From Octopus vulgaris (Eukaryota), in NCBI GenBank assembly GCA_951406725.2, contig OX597825.1, positions 81,034,001 to 81,098,000 of the forward strand: a DNA stretch of 64,000 bases, read 5' to 3'. The number at the start of each line of letters is the position of its first letter. The stretch's first letter is position 1. Position numbers and translations under genes: made by a program. The notes under the pieces are model-generated. The model saw nothing but the letters and a program-made list of their open reading frames with translations. It did no database searches and was not told the origin of the DNA. This document shows, piece after piece, positions 1-14,409 of the stretch.

Positions 1-31
1 CTGGAACACCGCCCTTTAAGAATCTTAGTCG

Positions 32-701
32 TATGTATGTATGTATGCATGTTTGTGTGTGTATGTATGTATGTATGTATGTATGTATGTATGTATGTAT
101 GTATGTATGTATGTATGCATGCATGTATGTATGTATGTATGCATGTATGCATGCATGTATGTATGTATGTATGCATGTATGCATGTATGTATGTATGTAT
201 GTATGTATGCATGCATGCATGCATGCATGTATGTATGTAAGTATGTATGTATGTATGTATGCATGTATGCATGTATGCATGTATGCATGTATGCATGGAT
301 GTATGTGTGTATGTATGTATGCATGCATGCATGTATGTATGTATGCATGCATGCATGTATGTATGTATGTATGCATGTATGCATGTATGTATGTATGTAT
401 ATATGTATGTATGCATGTATGCATGTATGTATGTATGTATGTATGCATGTATGTATGTATGCATGCATGCATGTATGCATGCATGTATGTATGTAAGTAT
501 GTATGTATGTATGTATGTATGTATGTATGTATGTATGAATGCATGCATGCATGCATGTATGTATGTATGTATGTATGTATGTATGTATGTATGTATGTAT
601 GTATGCATGCATGCATGCATGTATGCATGTATGCATGGATGTATGTATTTATGTATGTATGTATGTATGTATGTATGTATGTATGTATGTATGTATGTAT
701 G
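32..701. repeat. Compound (TATG)n/(TGCA)n microsatellite
   Basis: Continuous TATG units interspersed with CATG/TGCA units. Confidence 0.97.
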
Positions 702-1289
702 TAGTAATTTGCAATTATCAAGAACGGAAAATAAAAGGGAAGATAAGTCGTAAAGCGAAATAATACTGCACAGTCACAAAACTACGTAGCGTAACAACAG
801 ACCACGACATATTTAAGTCTCATGGACGCTGTGAAATTCTTCACCATTTTTTAAATGGTGTTCATGAATGAAGAGGGAAAATGAAGAGAAAAATTCTTTA
901 CAAAAAAGAATACCTTACATAAAAGTTAACAGAGGAAATGATATTGAAAACCATCTTAAAATCATATGGTAAATAATTATCGTTAATACTTCTATAATGG
1001 TTAGTATTTCTTGGACTGTGAATAACGTAAATATATTCACATCACTAGCTCTAGCGAGTTGAGACGAAACCAAACCAGCGTTAGATTGGCAAATATCCAT
1101 GAATATTTCATGAAAATGATCTTTAGTGAAAGCAAACAGCAGAGAATATTTTAAAATTTAACTTGTTTACATTCAACACAATATACTGGGATGAAGAGAA
1201 AAATATTAACAATTATGAAAAGAAAGGAAGAATACCAACCGTTATGTTTTTCAAAGAAGCGTGCAATTTAAATCAATTGATTTTGGTTG

Positions 1290-1760
1290 ATGATGAAGGT
1301 TCTCTTGCCCAAGCACAAGAGTGGCCTTGGAGAGTTGCTTTGTAGACATGGTTATCAACAAGTGAATTTTAGATTTGGATATAATCCAGTCAATAAGAAA
1401 ATGTGGAAGCGGCGTGTAACAAAGGACTACATTTCCTTGTCCGAGAGTATCGACCCAGGGGGGAAGAGGAGAAACGTGACATAGCTCAGCCTCACAAAGA
1501 GAAGATGGTTTTCTATATGCTCTCAAAAGATGTACAGAAGGGAGCCCAGACTATTTTGTGGAAGGATGCTGTTTCTATCGACCGGAGTAAAGTTTATGGT
1601 GGTATCAGCCCCCGTTCCTAAGACCGAGTGTGAAGAGAAAATCCAATTAGCGCTATGGCGATAAAAATCCACCCCCGCTCCATAGGATTGCAATACAATG
1701 CAAATATTTAAGAGGATTGGAATAACATTGGTCCGTGAATCGTTGCCACTGGTGTAGAGC
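1290..1760 (+). mobile_element. Highly decayed non-LTR retrotransposon ORF2 fragment (region just upstream of RT)
   Basis: 1620-1757 reads KTECEEKIQLALWR*KSTPAP*DCNTMQIFKRIGITLV, resembling the LINE 'EEI..AL..MK..KAPG.DG.T.EIFK' segment; in-frame stops. Confidence 0.4.
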
Positions 1761-1937
1761 AAATTGGGGGTGGGTGGGTGGTAAGTGATCGGGATCTGTG
1801 AGCGTGAATTTGTAGAGATCTATGAGCTTTCAACATAAGTACATGGCCATTTCGATACTTTTCTCTTGTGTGTACACAAAAAACAACAGGCACGAGATAG
1901 GTTTCTCCTCCAAGAAGCTGACAATATAAAAGATAGA

Positions 1938-2148
1938 TATGTATGTATGCATGTATGTATGCATGTATGTATGCATGTATGTATGTATGTATGTATGTAT
2001 GTATCTTGTGTATGTATGTATGTATGTATGTATGTATGTATGTTATGTATGTATGTATGTATGTATGCATATATGTAAGTATGTATGTATGTATGTTATG
2101 TATGTATGTACGTACGTATGTATGTTATGTATGTACGTATGTATGTAT
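1938..2148. repeat. (TATG)n microsatellite
   Basis: Direct reading. Confidence 0.95.
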
Positions 2149-2211
2149 CGTATTTATAAATATTATGTATATGTATTGATATAAAATATAGAATTTAATA
2201 AAATATTTTCT

Positions 2212-2356
2212 ACTCAAGGCACAAAGCCCGAGATTTTCATATCGACCCCAGTACATAACTGGTACTTAATTTATCGACCCCGAATGGATGAAACGCAAAG
2301 TCGACCTCGGCAGAATTTGAATTCAGAACGTAAAGACAGAAGAAAAACCGCTAAGC
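2212..2356 (-). mobile_element. SINE family B fragment
   Basis: Reverse complement of the recurrent core GAGTTCAAATTCCGCCGAGGTCGACTTTGCCTTTCATCCTTTCGGGGTCGATAAATTAAGTACCAG seen in many copies in the window. Confidence 0.85.
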
Positions 2357-2605
2357 TGTGGAAAGGTGTGCCAATCAGTTGCAGGATTGAAAAGGCATGT
2401 GAAAAGGGTTCCTGCTGTGGCACCTGTTCCTTCTGCCAACCAGTACAGCTGTGCATTATGTAACAGGATGTGCAAAGCTTTGGCCGGGCTCAAGAGTCAT
2501 ACAAGGGACTCACGTAGCATCATCAATGACTCTTCATTTCAACGATTCTTCCTGGCAATGGTTTTGCTTCTATGCGAGAAAGCAGCTGCCAAGTATGTAT
2601 GTATG
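2356..2605 (+). mobile_element. 3' end of RTE-like LINE with two C2H2-type zinc-finger motifs and TATG tail
   Basis: CGKVCQSVAGLKRH...CALCNRMCKALAGLKSHTR, then a short 3' region and (TATG)n. Confidence 0.6.
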
Positions 2606-2612
2606 AATGTTA

Positions 2613-2962
2613 GTGAAGGCGAATGGCTCAGTGGTTAGAGCGTCGAACTTACGATCGTGAGGTTGTGAGTTCGATTCCCGGACCTGGCTGTATGTTGTAT
2701 TCTTGAGCAAGACACTTTATTTCATGTTGCTCCAGTTCACTCACCTATAGAAATGAGTTGTGATGTCACTGGTGCCAAGCTGTATCGGCCCCTTTGCCTC
2801 CCCCTTGGATAACATCAGTAGCATAGAGAGGGGTGGCTGGTATGCATAAGAACAACCCTAGGTTGTGCGTTCGCCGGTGAGACAACTTTCTGCCCAGACT
2901 TGTACCCCGGAGGGGAACATCTTACCTGCACTCATGGTCATTCGTGACCGACGGAGTCGATT
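2613..2962 (+). mobile_element. Near full-length tRNA-derived SINE (family D)
   Basis: Pol III A box TGGCTCAGTGG, B box GTTCGATTCC, then TTCTTGAGCAAGACACTT body and (TATG)n tail. Confidence 0.85.
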
Positions 2963-3501
2963 ATGTATGTATGTATGTATGTATGTATGTATGTATGTAT
3001 GTATGTATGTATGTATGTATGTATGTATGTATAATATTTTCATCTAAAAGGAGTTTCTGGTTATTACATCAGAATGCAAATATTAGAAGACACTCGCAGA
3101 CATTGTTTCATTTCTATCATACTGAAAGTTGCTATAAAGTAAAGCTAACCAATTGATTTTGCCATCCCAATGTATAAAAATATCTCGGCGAGAACATTGG
3201 AGACGGTGTGGATGCAAAATAACTAAATGTTGTCGACACATTTAGAATATTATTTTTAGAAAGAAAATCAAATCTAATTATAGCAATACATAGAGAACGG
3301 TTAATTAAACAGAGGAATATATGATTCAAAGATTTACACGCGATGCGCAAAGATTTTTTAATTAGAATATGAAATTCAAACATGAAGTGTTAAGAAACTG
3401 AGAAGTACAGGTTACATTCTGAGGAAACGACGACCACACACGCTCAGGAACAAAACACTATATATATATACATATTTATATATACATACATACATATATA
3501 T

Positions 3502-3563
<62 letters not shown>

Positions 3564-3566
<3 letters not shown>

Positions 3567-3718
3567 TTAAGTTAAGTTAATTATTTGGCTCCAAAAAGCA
3601 AGGCCATGTAGGGGGAGTTATGTACGGGGTTGTGTTCATGCAAAGAGTTCAGGCCATTTGTGGTCAAGGGAGACTTTGAACCGAGCGGTCGTCGGCATCT
3701 TCACTATCTCGTCCGGCA

Positions 3719-3720
<2 letters not shown>
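3564..3720 (-). mobile_element. CR1/L2-type LINE 3' end
   Basis: Minus strand reads LPDEIVKMPTTARFKVS/DHKWPELFA* (one frameshift), followed by a (TTAAC)n tail. Confidence 0.65.
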
Positions 3721-3756
<36 letters not shown>

Positions 3757-3856
3757 ATCATATGGTTCAAATTTACAGAAAACAAAATACGAAGAAGATA
3801 GGTGAGGGAACATCAAGCAAGTGTATTAGTTTGACGCTTGGGAAGAATGGAAACGT

Positions 3857-3892
3857 CTTTGGCGTTTCGAACCACCGCTCCTCGACAGAAAG
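3857..3892 (-). ncRNA. Degenerate minimal type I hammerhead motif in Penelope-like insert (A6U core)
   Basis: CUUU CUGUCGA G GAGC-GGUG-GUUC GAA ACGC C AAAG; same family as 62797-62832. Confidence 0.6.
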
Positions 3893-4581
3893 GGATAAGA
3901 GGAAAAATGGAGAGCACGAGGAAACGCATCACTCGGTATTGGTCTACCAAATTCCATCTCATGATGTTGGTCGGTCTGGGGCCGAAGTAGAAGACACTTA
4001 AGATACTTGTCGAAGATGCTAAGTGATTGAACTATACCCGAATCCATTTGGTTGCGAGGCGAGATTTTTAATCACAGACAGACTGCAAATATGAAGACAT
4101 ATTTGAAAAGTATAGGAAAAAAGAACAAAATAAACCATCCATTAACTTAAGTTGAATTGGAAAATAAAAAAAAAAAGCGAGAAATGGTGGCGTAAAGCAA
4201 TGAAGTACAACTTGCAATATAAGAGAGCAGAAGACAAACACGAACAACGCGGTGTACTCAGCAGGCCAACAGAAATGATATAACAAAACAAAGAGTAAGG
4301 AACTCCAAACCTAACACTAACAATAATAAGGTAGGAAATATGAGCGTAAGCGTAAGCGTAAGTGAATACTTGCACTAAGATAGAATCCGCGATATAAGAA
4401 ATGAAAGGAAAAAGTTAAGAGAGGAAAATTGTACAAATCGATGACGATCGATCAGTAAAATATCATATAACGGATAAAACTGCTCCCTAATCAAACAAGA
4501 TATTGATTACTGTCTTAGAAATGTTTACAAAATAAATAAAATGAAATACATCTTCAAACCAAACAATGCGCACCTACTTTA

Positions 4582-4585
<4 letters not shown>

Positions 4586-4628
<43 letters not shown>

Positions 4629-4746
4629 GTAGTAGTAGTAGTAGTAGTAGTAGTAAGCAGCAGTAGTAGTAGTTGTTGCTGTAGCGCTAGCAGTGGCTGT
4701 AGCGGTAATAGTAGCAGTAGTAGTAGTGGTAGTAGCAGCAGCAGCA

Positions 4747-4801
<55 letters not shown>

Positions 4802-4820
4802 TAGTAGTCGTAGTAGTAGT
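4586..4820. repeat. (ATT)n-(AGT)n-(AGC)n compound trinucleotide repeat
   Basis: Direct reading. Confidence 0.95.
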
Positions 4821-4821
4821 C

Positions 4822-5021
4822 ATTTCTACTATAATCACAAGGCTTGAAATTTGTGGGGAGGGGTTCGAGAGTCGACTCGAGTTTTTTGCTGATACTTATT
4901 TTATTGACCCCGAAAGGATGAAAAGCAAAGTCGTCCTCAGGGGAATTTGAACTCAGCACATAAAGACGAATGAAATACCGCTAAGCATTTTACCTGGCGA
5001 CTAACGGTTCGGCCAGCGCGA
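4822..5021 (-). mobile_element. SINE family B
   Basis: Family B core in reverse orientation. Confidence 0.85.
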
Positions 5022-5040
5022 CTTATCGTCATCATCATCA

Positions 5041-5167
<127 letters not shown>

Positions 5168-5180
5168 AGAGTTGTGGAAT

Positions 5181-5351
5181 GCAGAATCGTTAGATCGCCG
5201 GGCGATATACTTAGCGGTACTGCCTCCGTCGCTACGTTCTGAGTTCAAGTTCCGCTGAGGTCGACTTTGCTTTTCATCTTTTCGGAGTTTCATCCTTTTG
5301 GGGTTGATGTAATCGACTAGTCCCCTCCCCCAAAATGTCAGGCCTTGTGCC

Positions 5352-5352
<1 letters not shown>
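5181..5352 (+). mobile_element. SINE family B
   Basis: GTTCTGAGTTCAAGTTCCGCTGAGGTCGACTTTGCTTTTCATC core. Confidence 0.85.
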
Positions 5353-5395
<43 letters not shown>

Positions 5396-5537
5396 GATTG
5401 CTGTTTTCCATTGTATTTCAGCACGTGTGTTTGTATATTTGCATCTATGCGTGTCAGTAGGTGTACATTCTCCTCTATGGCATTTCAAATTGTTAAAAGT
5501 CATTCTATTCTATTTCATATTTCATGGAAACCATTTT

Positions 5538-5602
<65 letters not shown>

Positions 5603-6465
5603 AATCCATCGTGTGTTGGATTTCCCCGAAGATCACCTACTTTCAATTTCTATGCATCTTTTATATTTCTTTTTACAATTCTCCAAGTTTGCTTATCGAT
5701 GTTGCTATCTGTATTTCAGTTAATAATCGTGGTTCATCATTTGTTGGTTAATCTATTTCTAACTTTCTACGCATTACAATGTTTCGTTATTCATTTCCTT
5801 ATCTAACATTCTTTCTTTACATACTATACAAGCTATTGCAAAATATTTTATTAGCAGACGTTACAGCCTTTTGTTACATTGAGGTTGAGAGTCACTCTAA
5901 GTCTGCTTTATTTGTAATCTCTATTATTTCTCTGCTATCAAATACACTATACGAACTATCTATATTCTCTCCCTACCAATCACTGCATTTCTTTAGATTT
6001 ATTTATGTATTTCTATTAGATATTTTATGTTTCTGACTTCTCCTGTTTATCATCGTTTGTGTGTATATAGAATTTTTCTGCTTTACATTGTATGCATTGT
6101 TTTTTTCGGAGCAAGTATTTGTAGCCCCAACTATAGAGTCTATCATTTCATCCCTTTATTGATTTCAGTTACTGGACTGCAGCCATGCAAAAGTGCCACT
6201 CCTGGTGTTTATTTCAGAATAGCAGATACTCTGTCGATTTATGTTTATGGAATGGCTTAGTTCTAGAATTAAGTTCTGATTTGTGACATGATACCAAATT
6301 TTACATAAACTCATGGGCATAAACTCACATAAGACGTAAATACAAGCACACACAATCATAAACACGCGCGTGCACCAGCACACGCGCATACACACATACA
6401 CACAAACACACACACACGCACACACATATTCATATACACTCATGTATGAATTCAATATAAACTTG

Positions 6466-6890
6466 ATATAGGGAGCTACATCAAAGTTTCACCGGATGAA
6501 TTGCATAATAATATCAAAGCAATCCAATATGTTCAATGTATTCAAAGGATTGATTTACGTTGTTTTTCATTTCAATTTCCACCCGCTATCTACAAGTCAG
6601 GGTTCTAAAATTATTCTTTGGTGCCAGTAGCGCCAATTCCGAAGATTCCCCATTTGTTGATATCATTTATCGCTGAGTTCCCTTAGAACACTCTTCACGG
6701 CTTCATTGCTTGGATCTGTTATACCATTTGAGATTAACTTTATCGTAAATTGCAATGCTCCTTTGTACCACAACCCTTGGATCATAGTTAATCCATTCTA
6801 TAAATTTCAGAGACCCTTCAGAAGGTCGTGCGAAGTGTATCACTTCTCCATTGACTATGCTATAAAATAATTGCAGCGGATGTGTATGCA
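6466..6890 (-). mobile_element. Probable mariner-type transposon end (decayed transposase C-terminus plus terminal sequence)
   Basis: Minus strand NEAVKSVLRELSDK*YQQMGNLRNWRYW resembles a mariner C-terminus; ends in a TA-bounded TIR-like segment that is repeated near 6907. Confidence 0.4.
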
Positions 6891-7837
6891 TTCAATATAA
6901 ACTCGATATAGGGAGCTACATCAAAGTTTCACCAGATGAATCGCAATAATAATACTATCAAAGCAATCCTACACCCTTCTGTTTATTCTACGTAATTGTT
7001 TTTCATTTTTGCATTTAGTTAGAAAATTCTTGATGCAAAATTATGTGCTGAATCAGCTTTTGTTGTATCTGGGGAGGGCCATTCTGCTAAAACAGACAGA
7101 CACACACACGCACTGGTTCTCTATCACTTCTTTTATTATCACTCAACTACTAAACCATTTAACCAATTAACTAATCGATCATCTGATTAATTATTCGGTC
7201 TATCAATCAATCAAGCTAGAGCCCTTACCTACCCATCAGAGAAAATAGTTATAACCCTATTAGGTTAGTAAACATACCCAGGTATAAATCGGTGTGCTTG
7301 GTGTGCATCTTTGTGTGGGTATGGGTATGTGCTTTGTATACACGTGTGCGAAGTATAATATGCTGGTAGATAAATTCCTGATTTCCTAGACTTATTGGAA
7401 TGGTTGATGAAGGGAATCCTAAAATGGCAACACTATCTGTTCCATTCCTCAAACAAATAAACTGACGTCTTGAATGTCCTTACATGCACGCATATAGACC
7501 GACATGCACCAATACACAAACACACACATACATACACAAACACATACACGCTCATACATGATGCAGTCCATTCATAAAGACAAAAACACCGACCATAGAA
7601 TAAATAAATAAACATTTACGTTCTCACACTTTCCACAGAATCTACATTATACACATACACGGGGACGCACACACACACACACATACGCACACATTATCGC
7701 ACACACTCACAGAACTCACACCTTACACACACACACACACACACACGCACACACACACACACGCACACACACACACGCACATACATACACGCACACGGAC
7801 ACATTCTTCCTCACTCATATTTTCATTCACATAGAAT

Positions 7838-8237
7838 GGCGTAGAAGTGGCTGCGTGGTAGGTAGATTGCATACGAACCACATGGTTCCAGGTTCAGTCC
7901 CACTGCATGGCACCTTGGCCAAGTGTCGTCTACTATAGCCTCGGGCCGATCAAAGCCTTGTGACTGGATTTGGTAGACGGAAACTGAAAGAAGCCCGTCG
8001 TATATATGTATATATATGTATGTGTGTATATGTTTGTGTGTCTGTATTTGTATCCCCAACATCACTTGACAACCGATGCTGGTGTATTTACGTCCCTGTC
8101 ACTTAACTGTTCGGTAAAAGAGACCGATAGAATAAGCACTGGGCTTACAAAGAATAAGTCCTGGGGTCGATTTGCTCGACTAAAGGCGGTGCTCCAGCAT
8201 GGTCTTAGTCAAATGACTGAAACAAGTAAAAGAGTAA
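7838..8237 (+). mobile_element. Full-length SINE family A (tRNA-like head, internal microsatellite)
   Basis: A box TGGCTGCGTGG, B box GGTTCAGTCCC, conserved GGATTTGGTAGACGGAAACTGAAAGAAGCCCGTCG, internal (TA/TG)n, 3' GTCAAATGACTGAAACAAGTAAAAGAG. Confidence 0.9.
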
Positions 8238-9048
8238 CCAAGTGCCAAAGCTTATAATGTGAGGAAAGACACCCTGTGAGACCTCTGACAACAGGCTGCA
8301 GTCAAATGACTGAAACAATTAAAAGAATAAAGAATCTCCATAATTATGAATGTAGAATCTGAAAAGTAGAATTCGTCCCGCAGTAAATGCGTCAATTCCT
8401 TGATGAGACCACAAAAGCGACCAAAGAACTCTGACGAAACTCGCTGATGGATTGATTTGCCGGACAGTTAATCAAACAATTTAAATGCGTCAATGTACAT
8501 CATACACCTGCACATTTAAAAGTGCAGTCTTTGCTGATACAAATACAACGAAGAATAAATGGTAAATTACGTTTTTGTTAGCCTGTCTCCCAAGCGATTA
8601 TTTCGATCAGGTTTTAGAATTAAAATAACAGAATATAGAGTTTTCCCAGAAGCGCAACCGAATTCTTGAAACGGCTTTGAACTTCCGAGTCAGAATCTAT
8701 TATTCTAATAACCTCTTCTATATAACTGTCAATTCATTGGTAGTTCCGTGACAAGGAACTTAATATGTTTTCGTTTGTGTCTGAGACAGTATACCGCAGA
8801 ATATGATTGGCTTTTTCGCTCCTTTTAATTACAAAATATGTTAGATTTAATTATAAAGACTGCAGTTATAATGATTTCATCAATCGTATATACAACTATA
8901 TCAATATATTTGAACATCACCTGTACAAGGCGTTTAGAAACCTCTTAAATATATTTCTATATTATTTTGTTATGGAGAGAAAATTTTGGCAAAGACAGGA
9001 AATTTTTTGTCATAGTTTGTTAGCTGTGTAGAAGAAAGAGAGAATGAG

Positions 9049-9111
<63 letters not shown>

Positions 9112-10304
9112 CGGTAAAAGTGGGGAATGGTGGTTTCAAATAATTCTATGAGATGGACGTTAATGGATGACATCCAAAATATAACAATTTTAAATGCATT
9201 ACAATATTAAGGATGATGTTAAATAAAGTTTAAATTCTCACAGCTACCATAACTTTGGTTCATTGCATCATGGATGGAGATTAAGGTGAAATAAATTTCT
9301 CATTTAATTAATTCTTTGGTGGCCGTTTCGTCCTTTTCTTCTTCGTCAGCTCTGAATAAGCAGATTTGCGTATTGTTCGTACCATTTTTTTCTCTAGACA
9401 TATCTAAAACTACATTAATAATAGAATATGATTTGGGTTATTTTCAGCTGTTATTTTTTGTGGGTCAAGCAACCAATTATAGACTCTTTAAGGTCTGCAT
9501 ATGTCCTTCTTGTTTTATCCCTGGTCGTCGCTTTTGAAGATCTATGATGGAAAACGTTCCAGCCACGACCACACCATTATTTTTTTATTCTTCAAACATA
9601 ATACACAATACTACCTATTTTGAAGCATGTAGAGTGTTTGCTCATAATAGTCTGTCCCTCTAAACCATATATCTTTGCCAAAGACAACAGCGATGAGATA
9701 TAAATAAAGTACGACCTTTCCGCCATTTTTCATCATTAAACTATCATTTTTTCACCTCGTAACTCCACAACTATCTGAACGAATGCAAACCTAATGTGTT
9801 CCAGTAGAGCTTTATTGTATGGCTGCATACATCAATATCTCGGTTATTCTGTGGTCTAAGTTCAAACTAACTCAGAGTCGTCCTCGTTCTTCATTGATTT
9901 CGTGATCGATAAAATAAAGATACAACACTAATATACTTTGTAAATTTAACCAATATTTGTATACTGCAGCCAATTTAAACGATTACACAGAATAAATAGC
10001 AGCCTCGTAGCTTGTTAACTATACTGAGATAAAGAGAAGCCTTGCAGCTTATTAACTATGCTGAAAATTTTCCAAGTCACCCCGCCCATTTCCTGTCGCG
10101 ATTCTGTTACAGAATGAAAATGAACGCTAGAGGAAAAGACGAGTGTTCTCCCTTTACTGTAGAGACTTCCTGACTTCCTTTCTTTCGTTCCATGGTGCTT
10201 GAGAAGTATGGAAATATATTTTAAATTACTGGCAACACAGTACACGATTGGGACAGTTCAATTTAGAAGCGCCATTAAGAGTTCTGCTAGTTACTATATA
10301 TATA

Positions 10305-10733
10305 CTCTTTACTCTTTACTCATTTACTTGTTTCAGTCATTTGACTGTGGCCATGCTGGAGCACCGCCTTTTAGTTGAGCAAATCGAGCCCAGGACTTAT
10401 TCTTTGTAAGCCTAGTACTTATTCTATCGGTCTATTTTGCAGAACCGTTAAGTTACGGGGACGTAAACACGCCAGCATTGGGTGTCAAGCGATGTTGGGG
10501 GGACAAACACAGGCGCACAAACATATACACACACACATACACACACACACACATATATATACATATATACGACAGGCTTCTTTCAGTTTCCGTCTACCAA
10601 CTCCACTCACAAGGCTTTGGTTGGCCCGAGGCTATAGTAGAAGACAGTTGCCCAAGGTGCCATGCAGTGGGACTGAACCCGGAACCATGTGGTTCGTAAG
10701 CAAGCTACTTGCCACTCAGCCACTCCTACGCCT
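10305..10733 (-). mobile_element. Full-length SINE family A
   Basis: Reverse-complement match to 7838-8237. Confidence 0.9.
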
Positions 10734-10998
10734 ATATATATATATTGTGTGTGTGTGTATGTGTACATGAATGTGTGTATGTGTGTGTGCGTGTGTGTGA
10801 GTGTACATATATGTATGTATCTGTATGTACATACATTCATTCGTGCATCTATTGTGGTTGAAAGGGTTAAACGTTACGAACCAAACAAACTTTATTGATT
10901 TTGGAAGACTCAATTAATCTGAGCGATAAAACTGTTAAGACCGAAAATGAAACTAATTTTACTGGCAATTCCTGGACATAAACAGGCTTTAATTACTA

Positions 10999-11484
<486 letters not shown>

Positions 11485-11896
11485 CTGGTCGTTGCGTTTT
11501 ATGCGATTCTCCCTCCTCTGATGCTAAACTTCAAAAGCAGTTATATTCAGTTATAATCTGCGCATGAACAATCAAAGCTGAACACCAAAAACTGAAGCAG
11601 AATTTTAAACTTTTGAAACAAACACATTTAATCATATTTGAGGGGAGGGGACGTGTTGCAAGGAAAACACACTCACATCTATATAAAGAATTTACTATAA
11701 TTTTAATTTTAAGTTTCCTTCCTTCTCTCTTCCTTCCTTACTTCCTTCCCTCTTTTTTTCTTTCTTTCGTTCTTTCTTTCATTCATCCTCGCTCCCTCCT
11801 TCCCTTCGTTCGTTCGTTCGTTCGTTCGTTCGTTCGTTCGTTCCTTCCTTCCTTCCTTCTCCCCTGGTATGATTAAATTGTATGTGCGTGTGTGTG

Positions 11897-12060
11897 GGCG
11901 CAGGAGCGGGTGTGTGGTAAGTAAGGTGCTTACCAGCCACATGGTTCCGGGTTCAGTTCCACTGCGTTGCACCTTGGGCAAGTAATTTCTACTATAGCCT
12001 CGGGCCGACTAAAAGCCTTGTGAGTGGATTTGGTAGACGGAAACTGAAGGAATCCCGTCG

Positions 12061-12129
<69 letters not shown>

Positions 12130-12305
12130 TTGTCCCCAACAACGTTTGACAATCGATGCTGGTGTGTTTACGTCCACGTAACTTAGCGGTTCGCGAAAAG
12201 ACCGATAGAATATGTAGTAGGCTGACAAAGAATAAGTCCTTTGCTCGACTAAAGGTGGTACTCCAGCCTGGTGGCAGTGAAAGGACTAAACAAGTAAAAG
12301 AATAA
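11897..12305 (+). mobile_element. Full-length SINE family A
   Basis: Match to 7838-8237. Confidence 0.9.
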
Positions 12306-12668
12306 AATAATACATATATATATAAAATACAAAATGGGACAAGAACGCAAAATATCCAGACAGACGATACAAGTTTTCTATCCTCAGTCGAGTTCCAGAT
12401 TATCTTTGCAATTTTTTAGGCACATGGCTATGTGTGAATGTGAGGTATTATAGAAAGGTGTGTATCTAGGCATGTAATAACAAAACTAAAATTTAATTTA
12501 AAAATTAATCTAAATATTTTTAAGAATGAGTGAATAAAAGAAAAGTGTCTCCTAACTGGCTTACATATAAATACATATTTATGTGAGTGTATGTAGGTTT
12601 GTAAGCTTATTTCAAAAGAAGTTTTGGTGGAATTTTAGTTGGAGAGCAGGGAAGTTACACACACAAAG

Positions 12669-12699
<31 letters not shown>

Positions 12700-12747
12700 T
12701 ATATATACATATCTATCTATCTATCTGTCTATCTATCTATATATCTG

Positions 12748-12822
<75 letters not shown>

Positions 12823-12836
12823 GTCTGTCTGTTTGT

Positions 12837-12870
<34 letters not shown>

Positions 12871-13980
12871 TTGTGTGTATATCTCTGGCTTCTATCAAAA
12901 TCACTCCCAAGTCAATATCATATTAAAAAATGTCAGCCGTACCGAGAAGAAATGAAGGAGAGAAAAGAAAAGAAAAAGAAAAACAAGTCTAATGACCGAA
13001 ACAACAGCAAGCCTCTCTGCAATCTTGCTTAAGTTATACCGACTGATATCCAGAATCGTAGTTTTCCTGCTGTTTTCCATCAATAAAGATATTTTAAACA
13101 CTATTTATCTGACAATTGCCACTAGGCTGTTAGTTACCTTTTGTTTCTTTCTTTGTTGCATCTGTTGTTGTATTTATAAAATTGAAGACAACAATTGATC
13201 AATCGGGAGGCATCCGATTAGAATCGGTTCTGTTGCTGAAATCATGGTAAGATTAAATTGGATCTCGAAGTTTGAAATTGCTTTCTGTAATTCATGTATT
13301 TTATACATTTAATTTTGTATATCTTCACTGCAGGAATCGAACGCTAATCGAATATATAAAATGAAACGTAAACAATACTACACAAAAGTAAAATAAATAA
13401 AATCATACTTTTACAACTAAATTTCGATTTAGTGAAGATATTTCATTGGTTGTCGCTGTTATTTTCTAAGTTAGAATATCGATATATTTTTAATGACTAT
13501 AGCTTCGAGGCTGCGATTCAGTGAACACGTGACTTGGGGGGAAAATATTTGGAAATTTAATGATGGGACGGAAGCAGATATTTGCTATTAGATGTCATAA
13601 AGATTAAACTTTATCTGGTTTGATATTTTAATGGAGAATAGTGAAGTAAACGATCGCGGGGACTGTATTGCGATGGGCCATAACGAAGCATTTAAACCGT
13701 GCAGAAAGATCTTTTCTTTCTTTCTCACTTTTTCTAAGCTATACTTTTTTTATCTCTCCATCACTTTCTCTATCTTTCTCTCCTTTTCTTCCTTTCTTTC
13801 CATACTTTCTCATTTTCTGTTTTAAGGTGCAAACGAAAGTAACAGAATGAAAGAGGAAGAGAGAGAGGGGGAGGGAGGGAGGGAGAGAGGGAGGAAGGGA
13901 GGGAGATAAAATGAGAGAGAGAGAAAAGAGAGAAAGAGAGAAAAGAGAGAGGTGTTCACATGCATATATATATATTATAT

Positions 13981-14153
13981 ATTTCGTTTTTGTATTAGAT
14001 TTGCAAGATTCTTTATGTGAATTCGTGTGTTGAAGCATATTTTATTGTGTCTGGGGAGAGTCATTCTTTTTTAGTGCCTTATTAACACACTCAACGGGGA
14101 GTGTGTTAAGTAATGAGACACTAAAATAGAATGACTCTCCCCAGACACAACAA
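13981..14153. mobile_element. Fold-back Penelope-like insert (same family as 53434-53750)
   Basis: Inverted arms about 14045-14092 and 14099-14150; shared TTGTGTCTGGGGAGAG; TA-rich flanks. Confidence 0.75.
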
Positions 14154-14409
14154 TATATACATACACACACACATTCACACACACACACACATACACACAC
14201 ACACACACATATATATACGTGTATAAAATATATATATATATGCATACACGCATGCATACACGCACACATATATATATATATATATATATATGCTTATATG
14301 CATACTCACATATATACATATATGTAGATGTGTGTGTGTGGGTGTCTGTGTCACACACACATACACATGCAAACACCCACACACGTGCAAACACACACAC
14401 ACACATATA

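Noticed and set aside
25-753. Long ORFs (MYVC/HTYI repeats) and similar poly-I/L/Y/S and CV/HT ORFs throughout the window
   Set aside because: Translations of microsatellites that lack stop codons in some frames; no protein complexity.
2366-2638. Host C2H2 zinc-finger gene exon
   Set aside because: No TGEKP linkers or splice context; ends in a TATG tail as a LINE 3' end would.
8392-8456. Hammerhead-like UUGAUGA...GAAAC
   Set aside because: Stems II and III do not pair convincingly.
13188-13252. Possible small plus-strand exon ending ATG|GTAAGA
   Set aside because: Weak acceptor, unrecognisable peptide, no partner exons.
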